From NCBI GenBank assembly GCA_964513145.1, contig CAZELK010000004.1:6961-70960 (forward strand): 64,000 nt of DNA, written 5' to 3'. This document shows positions 20,391 to 29,651 of this stretch, one piece after another. The notes beneath the pieces were generated by a model. That model was not told the DNA's origin and ran no database searches. It saw only the letters and a program-made list of their open reading frames with translations. The position numbers and the translations under genes are program-made. Source of the DNA: Candidatus Woesearchaeota archaeon. Its GTDB lineage: Archaea; Nanobdellota; Nanobdellia; SCGC-AAA011-G17; JACPIM01. Numbering within the stretch: the stretch's first letter is position 1; each line of letters starts with the position of its first letter.

Positions 20391-20584
20391 ATTAAAGAAC
20401 CAAGATATTTAAATGTTATTGTGATTCGGTGCTATTCAAGAAGTATTTTCGGAAGGTTTTCGGTTTCTTCGGAAAACTTGCGGGATTTATGAAAAGTTTC
20501 CGACATGAGATTAACTGCAGAAATTTTTAAGAATAAAAAATATACTCCAATTCATCCATGTTCTAAAGAACATGGTTTTCTTGG
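20224..20584 (-). mobile_element. Non-autonomous IS200/IS605-derived mini-element (no tnpA/tnpB)
   Basis: Subterminal hairpins ccacgcca-tgaa-tggcgtgg (20233-20252) and ccatgttc-taaa-gaacatgg (20556-20575) in IS605-like end contexts (…GGAGGACGTCA; CAAGAAAACC…GGATGAATTG). Confidence 0.7.
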
Positions 20585-21011
20585 ATACGACTGTCATAAA
20601 ATCAAAAACAATTCTTTCCGGGTTATTATTTTTGAGATCTCTTCAATGATTTTTATTTAAAATAATTCTTTAAAAATATAATATGAAAAGTCGCAGTAAA
20701 CTATTTGTAAACCAGATTGTTACTCCGAAAACGCGAGTTCGAATCTACAGGCAGAGCAGAAGAAAGGTGTTCGGTTCTCTTTATTTCTTGTTTCCAAATC
20801 TATAAAATTCCTCCCCTAATTAATCCCAGACTATATGTTGACCAATCTCTTTTATTTTTATACTTCTTACCAAGTTTTTATTTTTCATGAAAGGTTATCC
20901 TCCCCCAAAAATAGCAAGAAAAACTAAGATTTAAGAGTTACACAACACAGCAATTAAACAATAAAGCTTAAATAGTATATTTCTTCAAATTATATTAAAG
21001 GTTGATTTTAG

Positions 21012-23006
21012 ATGAAAATTTTTATTGGCTATCCACCGACTGTAACAAGATTTAAAGGTACTCCTTTATTGAGTCAAAACAGGCAATATCAAGTTTTTCA
21101 TGTTCATACTACTTTATTTCCTGTTGTTTTAGCTACTGGGGCAACAATGTTGCGTGATAAAGGCCATGAAGTTACATGGATCGACTGTATTGCTGAAAAA
21201 TTAAGTACTGAAGAATTTGATAAGTTAGTCGAAGAGAAAAAACCAGGAATTTTGTTTTTTGAAACAAAAGCACCAGTTGTAAAGATTCACTGGGATACTA
21301 TAAACAGACTAAAAGAAAAATTTCCAAACCTGAAAATTTGTGTAATGGGGGATCATGTTTCTGCAGTAGATTTATCATTGGGTTTACAAAAAGAATTTAT
21401 GGAAAACTGCAAAGTAGACTATATAATAAACGGAGGTTATTTTGATTTTGCAATTTGTGAATTAGTAGAAGCCCTATCTAAAAATAAAAAGATACCGCAA
21501 GGAATTTGGTATAAAGAAAAGGGGAAAGTTGTTGAAAATGGAAGATATAATTTTACTGGGAACTTAGATGATGCTCCAATTATTGACAGAGTTTTTACTA
21601 AAAATCATTTGTATCAGCATGAATTTAATTTAATTGGTCGTCCATTAGCCTATATAATGGCTGGAAGAGATTGCTGGTACGGAAAATGTACATTCTGTTT
21701 CCATCCAGATACAAAAATAACAACTAAAGAAGGAATTAAAAAAATTAAAGATATAAGATTAGGTGAAGAAATTCTAACCCATAATGGTAATTATTTCAAG
21801 AATAATTTTATTTTCCAAAGATATTACTCTGGAAAATTAATAAAAATAAAATCCCATAATTTACCAGACGAAGTAAAATGTACTCCAAATCATAAATTAT
21901 TTGCTATTAAAAGGGGAAAAAAAGAACCTAAGTTTATTGAAGCCGAAAATTTAGAAGTTGGAGATTTATTAACATCACCAATAAAAGAAGAACAAATAAG
22001 TAATTTACAAATTAATTCTAATAATTTAATGTTTGAAACTCAATTAAATAAAAAAAATGAATATTCAACATTTCCAATAAAAGAAATTAAAAAAGAAGAA
22101 TATTATGGTGATGTTTACAATATTTCAGTAGAAAATGAACATTCTTACACAGCTAATTTAATTGGAGTATCTAATTGCGTTTGGGACACTAATCTATATC
22201 CTAAAGGATCATTCAGAGGAAGATCACCAGAGAATGTAATGAAAGAAGTAAAGTATTTAGTTGATGAATGTGGTGTAAAAGAAATTTTTGATGATGCTGG
22301 AACAATTATTGTAGGTCCATGGTTAAAAAAGTTTTGTAATTTAATGATAGAATCAGGCTATAATAAAAAAGTAATTTATTCAGGAAATATGAGGTTTGGT
22401 GCGGTAACTGCTGATGACTATAAACTAATGAAACAAGCTGGTTTCAGATTATTAAAATATGGTTTAGAATCTGGTTGTCAAACTACAATTGATAAATTAG
22501 ATAAGGGTACAAAAATAACTGAAGTTGAAAAAAGTTTAAAAGAAGCTAAAGAAGCTCAATTAACAAATCACTTAACTATGATGTGTGGGTACAGTTTTGA
22601 AACTCGAGAAGATGCTTTAAAAACGTATAAATTAGCAAAAAGATTAATGTTAAAAGGTTATGCTGATGTTTTACAAAGTACTGTAATTATTCCTTATCCG
22701 GGAACTCCTTTATATAAAGAAGGAATGGAAAAAAATTGGTTCAGATTTGATCCTAGAGATTATGAAAGATTTGATATGCGTGAACCAGTATTTAAAACTC
22801 CAGATATGACTTCAGAACAAGTTACAAAATTAAATAATAAAATTTATTATATATTTATGGACCCGCGATATGTTCTTCGACATTTAAGAAAAATAAAATC
22901 TTTTGAAGATATTATGTATACATTAAGAGGAATAAAGGCAGTAGTAGGACATATACTAGATTTTAGCACAACCGCTCCAAAAGCAGAAGACAGCCCTATA
23001 AGATGA
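21012..23006 (+). CDS. B12-binding radical SAM protein containing a mini-intein
   Basis: N-terminal cobalamin-binding-like domain; CWYGKCTF|C motif completed after intein removal; YGLESG; PYPGTPLY. Confidence 0.9.
   Translation: MKIFIGYPPTVTRFKGTPLLSQNRQYQVFHVHTTLFPVVLATGATMLRDKGHEVTWIDCIAEKLSTEEFDKLVEEKKPGILFFETKAPVVKIHWDTINRLKEKFPNLKICVMGDHVSAVDLSLGLQKEFMENCKVDYIINGGYFDFAICELVEALSKNKKIPQGIWYKEKGKVVENGRYNFTGNLDDAPIIDRVFTKNHLYQHEFNLIGRPLAYIMAGRDCWYGKCTFCFHPDTKITTKEGIKKIKDIRLGEEILTHNGNYFKNNFIFQRYYSGKLIKIKSHNLPDEVKCTPNHKLFAIKRGKKEPKFIEAENLEVGDLLTSPIKEEQISNLQINSNNLMFETQLNKKNEYSTFPIKEIKKEEYYGDVYNISVENEHSYTANLIGVSNCVWDTNLYPKGSFRGRSPENVMKEVKYLVDECGVKEIFDDAGTIIVGPWLKKFCNLMIESGYNKKVIYSGNMRFGAVTADDYKLMKQAGFRLLKYGLESGCQTTIDKLDKGTKITEVEKSLKEAKEAQLTNHLTMMCGYSFETREDALKTYKLAKRLMLKGYADVLQSTVIIPYPGTPLYKEGMEKNWFRFDPRDYERFDMREPVFKTPDMTSEQVTKLNNKIYYIFMDPRYVLRHLRKIKSFEDIMYTLRGIKAVVGHILDFSTTAPKAEDSPIR
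21696..22175 (+). mobile_element. Mini-intein (160 aa, Hint only)
   Basis: Starts CFHPDTKI, block B CTPNHKL, ends VYNISVENEHSYTANLIGVSN followed by Cys+1. Confidence 0.9.
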
Positions 23007-23024
23007 TAAAAAGTTTTAAAATAC

Positions 23025-23216
23025 TTAATGATTTTCCAAATTTGACTTAGTATTGGAGTAAGCATATCTCTTTCTAAAACTATTAAAAAATAATATTAAA
23101 CCAAGAAAGATAAGTGGTAAAGAATAGTATGTTGCTAAAGGTTCTTTAGAATTTATAATTACAATTGTCCCCATAATTATCCCAAATAAACCGCCTGAAA
23201 AATGTTTAGCATTCAT
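23025..23216 (-). CDS. Small membrane protein
   Basis: 63 aa, two hydrophobic segments. Confidence 0.5.
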   Translation of the reverse strand: MNAKHFSGGLFGIIMGTIVIINSKEPLATYYSLPLIFLGLILFFNSFRKRYAYSNTKSNLENH

Positions 23217-23354
23217 AATACCTAACCAGAATATGAGCTTTATAAATTTAATTATAAGAATTTTGAAATAATTTCAATATTTCATGTTTAAAATCGAAAA
23301 CTCTCCGAATATTTTTACAAAAAAGTTATAAAAGAAATTATCCTTAATTAATTT

Positions 23355-23456
23355 ATGAAAGAAGCTGAAAAACAAGACCTTGTAGAAAATATTGTCAGGT
23401 TAGTTGTCTATATAATTATTTGTTATTTTATATTGAAGATATTCAGGGTGATTTAA
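23355..23456 (+). CDS. Possible 33 aa single-TM protein
   Basis: MKEAEKQDLVENIVRLVVYIIICYFILKIFRVI, read directly from sequence. Confidence 0.35.
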   Translation: MKEAEKQDLVENIVRLVVYIIICYFILKIFRVI

Positions 23457-23676
23457 ATTCGTTATTTAAAAGTAATCTTTCAGGGTTTTTATTTTCTTTT
23501 AATATTTATTACTATATTTGATTTATCTACTAGCTTTATGTATAAAATTAATTTGATTAACGAAATTCTAAATTTTAAAGATATCTTAATATTTGGTTTT
23601 AGTTCGTTGTATATTGCTTTATTAAATATAACCTCTGCTAAATTATTTGGTTTTGAGATATTGAAACAAGAATGAT

Positions 23677-23985
23677 TTATTTTTGTCCTAATTCTCTTTC
23701 TAATTTATTTGCGGCTGCTTGTTTTCTTAAAGACCCATATACTATTTTTGCTCCAGCCGCTAATCCTAAAAGAATAAAATCAGCACTAATCCCATAATGT
23801 GAACGAACATGATCTTTAATATCCTCCAAAAAAAGACCTAAATTTGGTTTTTCTCTTAATATTATTCTAAGATCTTTAATATCATTAATATCCAAATAAA
23901 AATCCGAGTCTAAATTGCTCATCGCTTTTATAGTTTCTTCACTAACTACAGGCAATCCGTCTTTAGTATAATTGAATTCTGGCAT
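23677..23985 (-). CDS. Hypothetical protein
   Basis: 102 aa ORF. Confidence 0.55.
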   Translation of the reverse strand: MPEFNYTKDGLPVVSEETIKAMSNLDSDFYLDINDIKDLRIILREKPNLGLFLEDIKDHVRSHYGISADFILLGLAAGAKIVYGSLRKQAAANKLERELGQK

Positions 23986-24014
23986 TTGTTTTCGTCAATA
24001 ATAAATCTTTATAA

Positions 24015-25316
24015 ATGTTACTAATTAGACTTAAATTTATGAACAAATATACTCAATTAGGATTAAAAGTTGACAAAGAAATAGACAATCAATTAAAAAT
24101 AGTTTCTGAAGAAATATGTAAAAATATTAATGATGTAAAAAGCATCATAATTTATGGCGGTTTTGGTCGTGGTGAAGGATCAGTAAAAAAAGTAAATGGT
24201 AAATATTACCCAGCAAATGATTTTGATATTTATGTTATTACTGAGAAAAAAGCTGATGGCGAACTATTAGACAACATAGCTAAAACTGTTGCTGCAAGAT
24301 TAGGAAGCAAGGGAATAGAATTTAATAAATTTGACAAAAACTGGAGTTTTGAGGACAATTTCTATTTGGATTTAAAGTGCTTAACTTTAAATGAATTAAA
24401 AAAATTAGTGCCTATGATAAGGTACTATGAATTAAGAAATTCAACCAACATAATTTATGGAGAAGATGTCAGGAATTTAATACCTGACTACAAAATAGAA
24501 GATATTCCTTTAGGTGAAGGATTTAGAGTTTTATTAAATAGAATGACACATTTAGTGGAGTATTTCTCAACTGAAGGAAAACATAATGATTTAGTTTTGA
24601 GTTTTTTCTGCACAAAAGCATATATAGACAGCTGTACTGCATTGTCTCTGCTTTCAAAAAGATATTCTCCTTCTTATAAAAAAAGAATGGAAGAATTTTA
24701 TAATAATTATAAAGAAGACTTTCCAGAATTATATGATAAACTACCTGATTTACATGAAAAAATCAAGAAATATACTTTATGGAAATTAAATTTTAATGGA
24801 TTGCCTGAGAAAAATGCTGTTAAATTTTGGCTGCAAACAAGAAAAGATCTTTTGGAAGTTGTTAAATATTTTATTTCAAAATTAACTAATAAAAAAATAG
24901 AGACTATCGAAGAATTAAGTTTAGCAATTATTAATTTAGGGAATGAATATTATGAACCTTATAGCAAATATTTTTTACAAAATAAATTTAATGTCAGATC
25001 AAAAATGTTAATTAAGATTATATCTAAGTGTATACCTTGGGGTTTTAAGTATTTATATTTTAAGAAAATATTAAAAGAAAAAAAGTTTTATCCAGAAATT
25101 TTATTGAATAAGAGAAGCCCTGACGTAATAATATTTGGGTCTGTACCTTTTATATTATTTGCAATTGATGAAGATTTAAATATTGTACAAGAAAATTTTA
25201 ATAAGGGTTTTAAGACTTTAAGCAATGTATTTCCTACTAAAGCTAAAAATTGGGAAGAACTAAGCCAGGATTATGCTGATGCTTATATTTTATTTTATTT
25301 AATGAAGATTGTTTAA
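24015..25316 (+). CDS. Pol-beta-superfamily nucleotidyltransferase with helical C-terminal domain
   Basis: YGGFGRGEG...NDFDIYV. Confidence 0.8.
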   Translation: MLLIRLKFMNKYTQLGLKVDKEIDNQLKIVSEEICKNINDVKSIIIYGGFGRGEGSVKKVNGKYYPANDFDIYVITEKKADGELLDNIAKTVAARLGSKGIEFNKFDKNWSFEDNFYLDLKCLTLNELKKLVPMIRYYELRNSTNIIYGEDVRNLIPDYKIEDIPLGEGFRVLLNRMTHLVEYFSTEGKHNDLVLSFFCTKAYIDSCTALSLLSKRYSPSYKKRMEEFYNNYKEDFPELYDKLPDLHEKIKKYTLWKLNFNGLPEKNAVKFWLQTRKDLLEVVKYFISKLTNKKIETIEELSLAIINLGNEYYEPYSKYFLQNKFNVRSKMLIKIISKCIPWGFKYLYFKKILKEKKFYPEILLNKRSPDVIIFGSVPFILFAIDEDLNIVQENFNKGFKTLSNVFPTKAKNWEELSQDYADAYILFYLMKIV

Positions 25317-25829
25317 ATTTTTGACTATATCTTTAAAATCTTCAAATCTTCTACGGCAATTTTCAGTAGCTGAATTTTTATTTACGTAATTACTGGATAT
25401 TTCAATTAATATTTCTAAAGGATTTTTATTTTCTTTAATTCCTTCTTTAAATAAATCAAAGTTTTCTTTATGACCAAATATTGTAGGGTCAAATTTTAAT
25501 GGATCTGGAAAGAATACTGCAACATATGCTGAATTAATATCATCTAGACCATGATGTTTTAGTAAATCATATAAAAACAACTCGCCAGTTACCCAAAATC
25601 CTAAACTTTCTGACTCTATTATTTCTTTTGCTTTTTGGCTCATTTGAGAAACTACATGTAAAAAATAATCTGATAAATTAGTATGGCTGCCTCTTGGAAC
25701 ATATTTACTATTAAATCCTTTATAATCATTTATTGTTTTCTCAATTTTCATTTTTCTTTTTTTAACTGTTTTTAAGATGCTTCTCAAAAAAATTATATGC
25801 TCTTTCACGTGCTTCTCTCGGCAATTCAT
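25299..25829 (-). CDS. Hypothetical protein
   Basis: ORF; true start may be ATG 25751. Confidence 0.5.
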   Translation of the reverse strand: MNCREKHVKEHIIFLRSILKTVKKRKMKIEKTINDYKGFNSKYVPRGSHTNLSDYFLHVVSQMSQKAKEIIESESLGFWVTGELFLYDLLKHHGLDDINSAYVAVFFPDPLKFDPTIFGHKENFDLFKEGIKENKNPLEILIEISSNYVNKNSATENCRRRFEDFKDIVKNLNNLH

Positions 25830-26901
25830 GACCTACTTTGGGCAAATAAATTGATGAAAAATATGTCTCTTTTCCCAACTTTTTGTATAATTCAGCAGTT
25901 TTATTAATTTTATTTTCTGCCTCTATTTTTGGAAATATTGGGTCTTCTTCTGAATATATTATCATTAATGATCTTGGTGCTATTAAAGTTAATAAGCCCT
26001 CAGTGTCAACATATTTTGCAACGCCAGGCAATACAGTAAGCCATGTTTTGAGGATAGCACTTTCTGCATGTTGCCTGATATTTGCTACTGAACTTGATAA
26101 AACTGTTGATTTAATTCTATTATCTAAAGCAGCCAAATACATGCATCTTGTTCCACCCATTGAATGCCCGATACAGCCTATTCTATTATTATCTACATAG
26201 CTTAAGGAACTTAAAATATTTAAAGCCATTATTTCTTCTTGTATCATTATTCCGATTGGTGGATGACCAATTTCTATTAGCTGTTGCGCCTGAATTTCTT
26301 CCATAATCTCGGGAGAAGTATTTGTTTCCTTAACTGATAAATAACTATCACCAAATAAAGGAGCATCTATTGCTAAAACAACATATCCTCTTTCAGCAAG
26401 TTCTTTTCCATAAAATAAATCCTTGTTTCCAGCATTGCCGACAACTTCATCTTTGCCATATTCATAAAAACCACCATGTTGGTGCATAGCCATTACAGCA
26501 GGCATTTTTCTATTAATTATTTTAGGCACTAAAAGATAAGCATAGCGTCCAGTCATATTTGATGTATATAAAAAAATCTTTTTCTCAGTATAATCTCCCT
26601 TATCAATTGAGGTAATTTCATCTATTTTTGGTTTCTTAAATTGTATTAATGGCATATTCATTAATTCAAATAATTTATATCTTAATTTTTTATCAAAAGT
26701 AATTTTATCTCGATCATCCTTTATATCAGAGATATCAAATTTTGGTTCTTGATTTCTCTCAATATATTTCACTCCAAAAAATGCAAACCATATATCCTTT
26801 GATATTTCAGAATTATTATCTAATCCTTGATTTTCTTTGCAACTATTAATAGAACTAATTACTAAAAGAATAATAAAGACTTTTATAAATTTGAATTTCA
26901 T
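25762..26901 (-). CDS. Secreted alpha/beta hydrolase (dienelactone hydrolase/esterase-like)
   Basis: GHSMGG nucleophile elbow, HQHGG, EDPIF, VGHE; lipoprotein-like N-terminus. Confidence 0.85.
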   Translation of the reverse strand: MKFKFIKVFIILLVISSINSCKENQGLDNNSEISKDIWFAFFGVKYIERNQEPKFDISDIKDDRDKITFDKKLRYKLFELMNMPLIQFKKPKIDEITSIDKGDYTEKKIFLYTSNMTGRYAYLLVPKIINRKMPAVMAMHQHGGFYEYGKDEVVGNAGNKDLFYGKELAERGYVVLAIDAPLFGDSYLSVKETNTSPEIMEEIQAQQLIEIGHPPIGIMIQEEIMALNILSSLSYVDNNRIGCIGHSMGGTRCMYLAALDNRIKSTVLSSSVANIRQHAESAILKTWLTVLPGVAKYVDTEGLLTLIAPRSLMIIYSEEDPIFPKIEAENKINKTAELYKKLGKETYFSSIYLPKVGHELPREARERAYNFFEKHLKNS

Positions 26902-27019
26902 ATGTAATCTATCTTTTCTTTCTATTCATCAATTTTTAAATTTTTAGGCACTCTGTACTTGTCATAAAATTTCTAATTTATAAACTTTTAGACCAATATT
27001 TATAAAACCTTGATTTTAT

Positions 27020-28132
27020 ATGTTTTTGATGAAAACTCTAATTTTGTATATAGATGCTTTGGGATTTAATTTTATTAATAAAGAGAACACACCATTTTTA
27101 TATAATTATGGCGCTGAAAATTCATTAGTTAAATTAAAGACTTTATTAGGATATACTGCCATAGAGAATACATTCATAACTGGAAAAAAACCAAATGAAA
27201 CTGGCATATGGACAGAATTTATACATAAAAGAAATTATTTAGGCAGTTTTTTAAAAATTATATTATTGCCAAACTTTGCTTTGTCTTATATTTATGCTTT
27301 GTTGAATTATTTTAATGGCGCCACTTTTCTTTCAAAACTCCATAATATACCAAGAAGATATTTTGGAAAATTCAACAGCAGTGTTAGGGATGGATTATGG
27401 AAAAGAGAATATTTTCAGAACAAATCTTTTGTTTATTATGGGTGGCCTTTTTTTGTTGTAAATAACAAAATAAAACTGGATTTCATTAAAAGAAATGATG
27501 AATATAAAGTAAAGAAATTCATAAAAAGCTTTAATGAAAAAATTGACTTATATTTTATTCACTTGGTTGATTTGGATAAAAAAATGCATGAATTTGGAAC
27601 TAGACATGAGAATTCAATTGACGAGATAAAAAAACAAGATTATTATGCGAGCTTAATTGTAAATGAATTTAAGAGCAAATTCAGAAATTCCAAAATAATT
27701 ATATGGAGTGATCATGGTTTTATTGACATAAAAGGTTATATAGATATAAATGAGATTTTAAGAAACTTAAAAGGAATAGAATATTTTTTAGATTCAACAA
27801 TAGCAAGATTTTGGTTTAAGAATAATGAGTCAAGAGATATTTTATTAAAAATATTAAAAGACAGAAAAGATGGTGTTGTTGTCGGTTTAAATGAAAGAAA
27901 TAAATATAATATTCCTTTTGGCATTGAATATGGCGAAGTAATATTTGCTGTAAACCCTGGTTATTTAATTTTGCCTAATTTTTATCAAGGTTCAAAGGCT
28001 GTAAAGGGAATGCACGGCTATATGCCTGACAAAGCTGATTTGGATGCCTTTTTTATAATAAATAAGAAAATAAATAAAAAGACTTTAAATATGGACGAGG
28101 TTTTGTTTTTTTTAGAAGATGGAAACTTATAA
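27020..28132 (+). CDS. Alkaline phosphatase superfamily / nucleotide pyrophosphatase-phosphodiesterase
   Basis: YIDALG, DLDKKMHEFG, WSDHG, KGMHGY. Confidence 0.85.
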   Translation: MFLMKTLILYIDALGFNFINKENTPFLYNYGAENSLVKLKTLLGYTAIENTFITGKKPNETGIWTEFIHKRNYLGSFLKIILLPNFALSYIYALLNYFNGATFLSKLHNIPRRYFGKFNSSVRDGLWKREYFQNKSFVYYGWPFFVVNNKIKLDFIKRNDEYKVKKFIKSFNEKIDLYFIHLVDLDKKMHEFGTRHENSIDEIKKQDYYASLIVNEFKSKFRNSKIIIWSDHGFIDIKGYIDINEILRNLKGIEYFLDSTIARFWFKNNESRDILLKILKDRKDGVVVGLNERNKYNIPFGIEYGEVIFAVNPGYLILPNFYQGSKAVKGMHGYMPDKADLDAFFIINKKINKKTLNMDEVLFFLEDGNL

Positions 28133-29309
28133 CTTTACAGATAAAGTTTATTTAGAAAACTGCAAAAATGCTAAAGAAGTTTTTAATTTTATAGACAAAA
28201 CTCTGGATAATTATAAATTGCCTAAAGACAAGAATGCTAGAATAGTTTTAAAACCTAATTTTAACAATGACATGAATGCATTAATCGGGAATTCTACTGA
28301 TTTAAGGGTTATTGTTGGTATAATAAAGGCACTTCAAAAGAGAAAGTACAAAAATATAACTATAGCTGAGGGCCCTAATTGTGGTATTGACCACATGAAT
28401 ATTGATGTTTTTAAAAGATTAAGAATAGACAAAATTGCTGAATTATTTAATGTTAGTTTAGTAAATTTAAACAAATCAGATTATGAGGTCGTTGACCTTG
28501 TTACTGGAAAAGCTAAAATTGGAAAAATAATTTTAGACAATGATTTTTTGATTAATTTGCCAAAAGTTAAGACTCATATTGAAGTTGGAATGACTATTTG
28601 CCTGAAGAATTTTGTTGGATGCTATCAGGCTTTAGACAAAAGAAATATTCATGACAGCTTGGTTGAGAACATAGTAAAAATGAATTTAATTAAGAAACCA
28701 GACTTAAACATAGTTGACGGTTTAATTGCTATGGAAGGAAACGGTCCTGCTGCAGGAATACCTAAAAAATTAAATTTAATTTTAATTGGAAAGAATTCAT
28801 TTACAACTGATTTATTATGTACAAAATTATTTGATTTTGATATTGGTGATGTTCCTTATTTAAAATTAGCTATAGAAAAAGGACATATAAATAAAGACGA
28901 TTTGGAATATTCTAAAACTATTAAACAAGTTGCTTCTTTGAAAAAAGCTAAGGAAAATTTGTTTGCAAGAGTATTCTTAAATAATTTCTTTGTTAGATTA
29001 AGGTATAACAGATTTATTGATCCTTTATTCAGGAACGGACCCATACCAAGTTTTTTTAATATAATTGGAGTAAGACAGGATGTTTATGATTTTAGTGATG
29101 ATAATATAACTAAATTACATTTAAATGGTTATTCTGAAAAATGTGAGGAAGTTTGTCCAATAAGCTTGAGAACTCCAAAAGACAAAAAATGTTTTCAATG
29201 TCTATATTGTTTAATGGTTGATAAAGAAATTAAACATGAAGGGAAATTAGGATTTTTAAAAAATCAATTAAATAGATATGATAAGCATTTAAAAAATTTA
29301 TATCCCTAA
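28119..29309 (+). CDS. DUF362 family Fe-S protein
   Basis: VLKPN, INLPKVKTH, LKNFVG, IVDGLIAMEGNGP; C-terminal Cys cluster. Confidence 0.85.
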   Translation: METYNFTDKVYLENCKNAKEVFNFIDKTLDNYKLPKDKNARIVLKPNFNNDMNALIGNSTDLRVIVGIIKALQKRKYKNITIAEGPNCGIDHMNIDVFKRLRIDKIAELFNVSLVNLNKSDYEVVDLVTGKAKIGKIILDNDFLINLPKVKTHIEVGMTICLKNFVGCYQALDKRNIHDSLVENIVKMNLIKKPDLNIVDGLIAMEGNGPAAGIPKKLNLILIGKNSFTTDLLCTKLFDFDIGDVPYLKLAIEKGHINKDDLEYSKTIKQVASLKKAKENLFARVFLNNFFVRLRYNRFIDPLFRNGPIPSFFNIIGVRQDVYDFSDDNITKLHLNGYSEKCEEVCPISLRTPKDKKCFQCLYCLMVDKEIKHEGKLGFLKNQLNRYDKHLKNLYP

Positions 29310-29624
29310 TTTTATAAAGCTGACAAAACCAACTAAATCCAGATATAAACTGACTTTATTTTTTTGAGCATAATCTTCAAAGATTTTATAAATAAAGTTC
29401 AGGTCAAAACCTGGAAAGTCACACTTGAAAATTACATTTAATTCTTCAGGCTTAATATTTTTATTTTCTATCAAAGAAACTGCCAAAGAAGCCAAGTCTT
29501 TTAATCCTTTATTTGATTTACTTGATTTAATGCCTAGAATTGGTGGATTATAAATTATTTTATAGCTTAAGTTATCTTCTATTTTAGAATTATAGTCTCC
29601 GGATTTCTCAAATATTATTTCCAT
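29298..29624 (-). CDS. Hypothetical protein
   Basis: 108 aa ORF. Confidence 0.5.
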   Translation of the reverse strand: MEIIFEKSGDYNSKIEDNLSYKIIYNPPILGIKSSKSNKGLKDLASLAVSLIENKNIKPEELNVIFKCDFPGFDLNFIYKIFEDYAQKNKVSLYLDLVGFVSFIKLGI

Positions 29625-29651
29625 TATTAGTTTGTTAAAAAAAAAGTATTT

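Noticed and set aside
20721-20745. tRNA T-arm-like gcgagttcgaatct
   Set aside because: T-stem pairs only partly, and no acceptor, D or anticodon arm can be built around it
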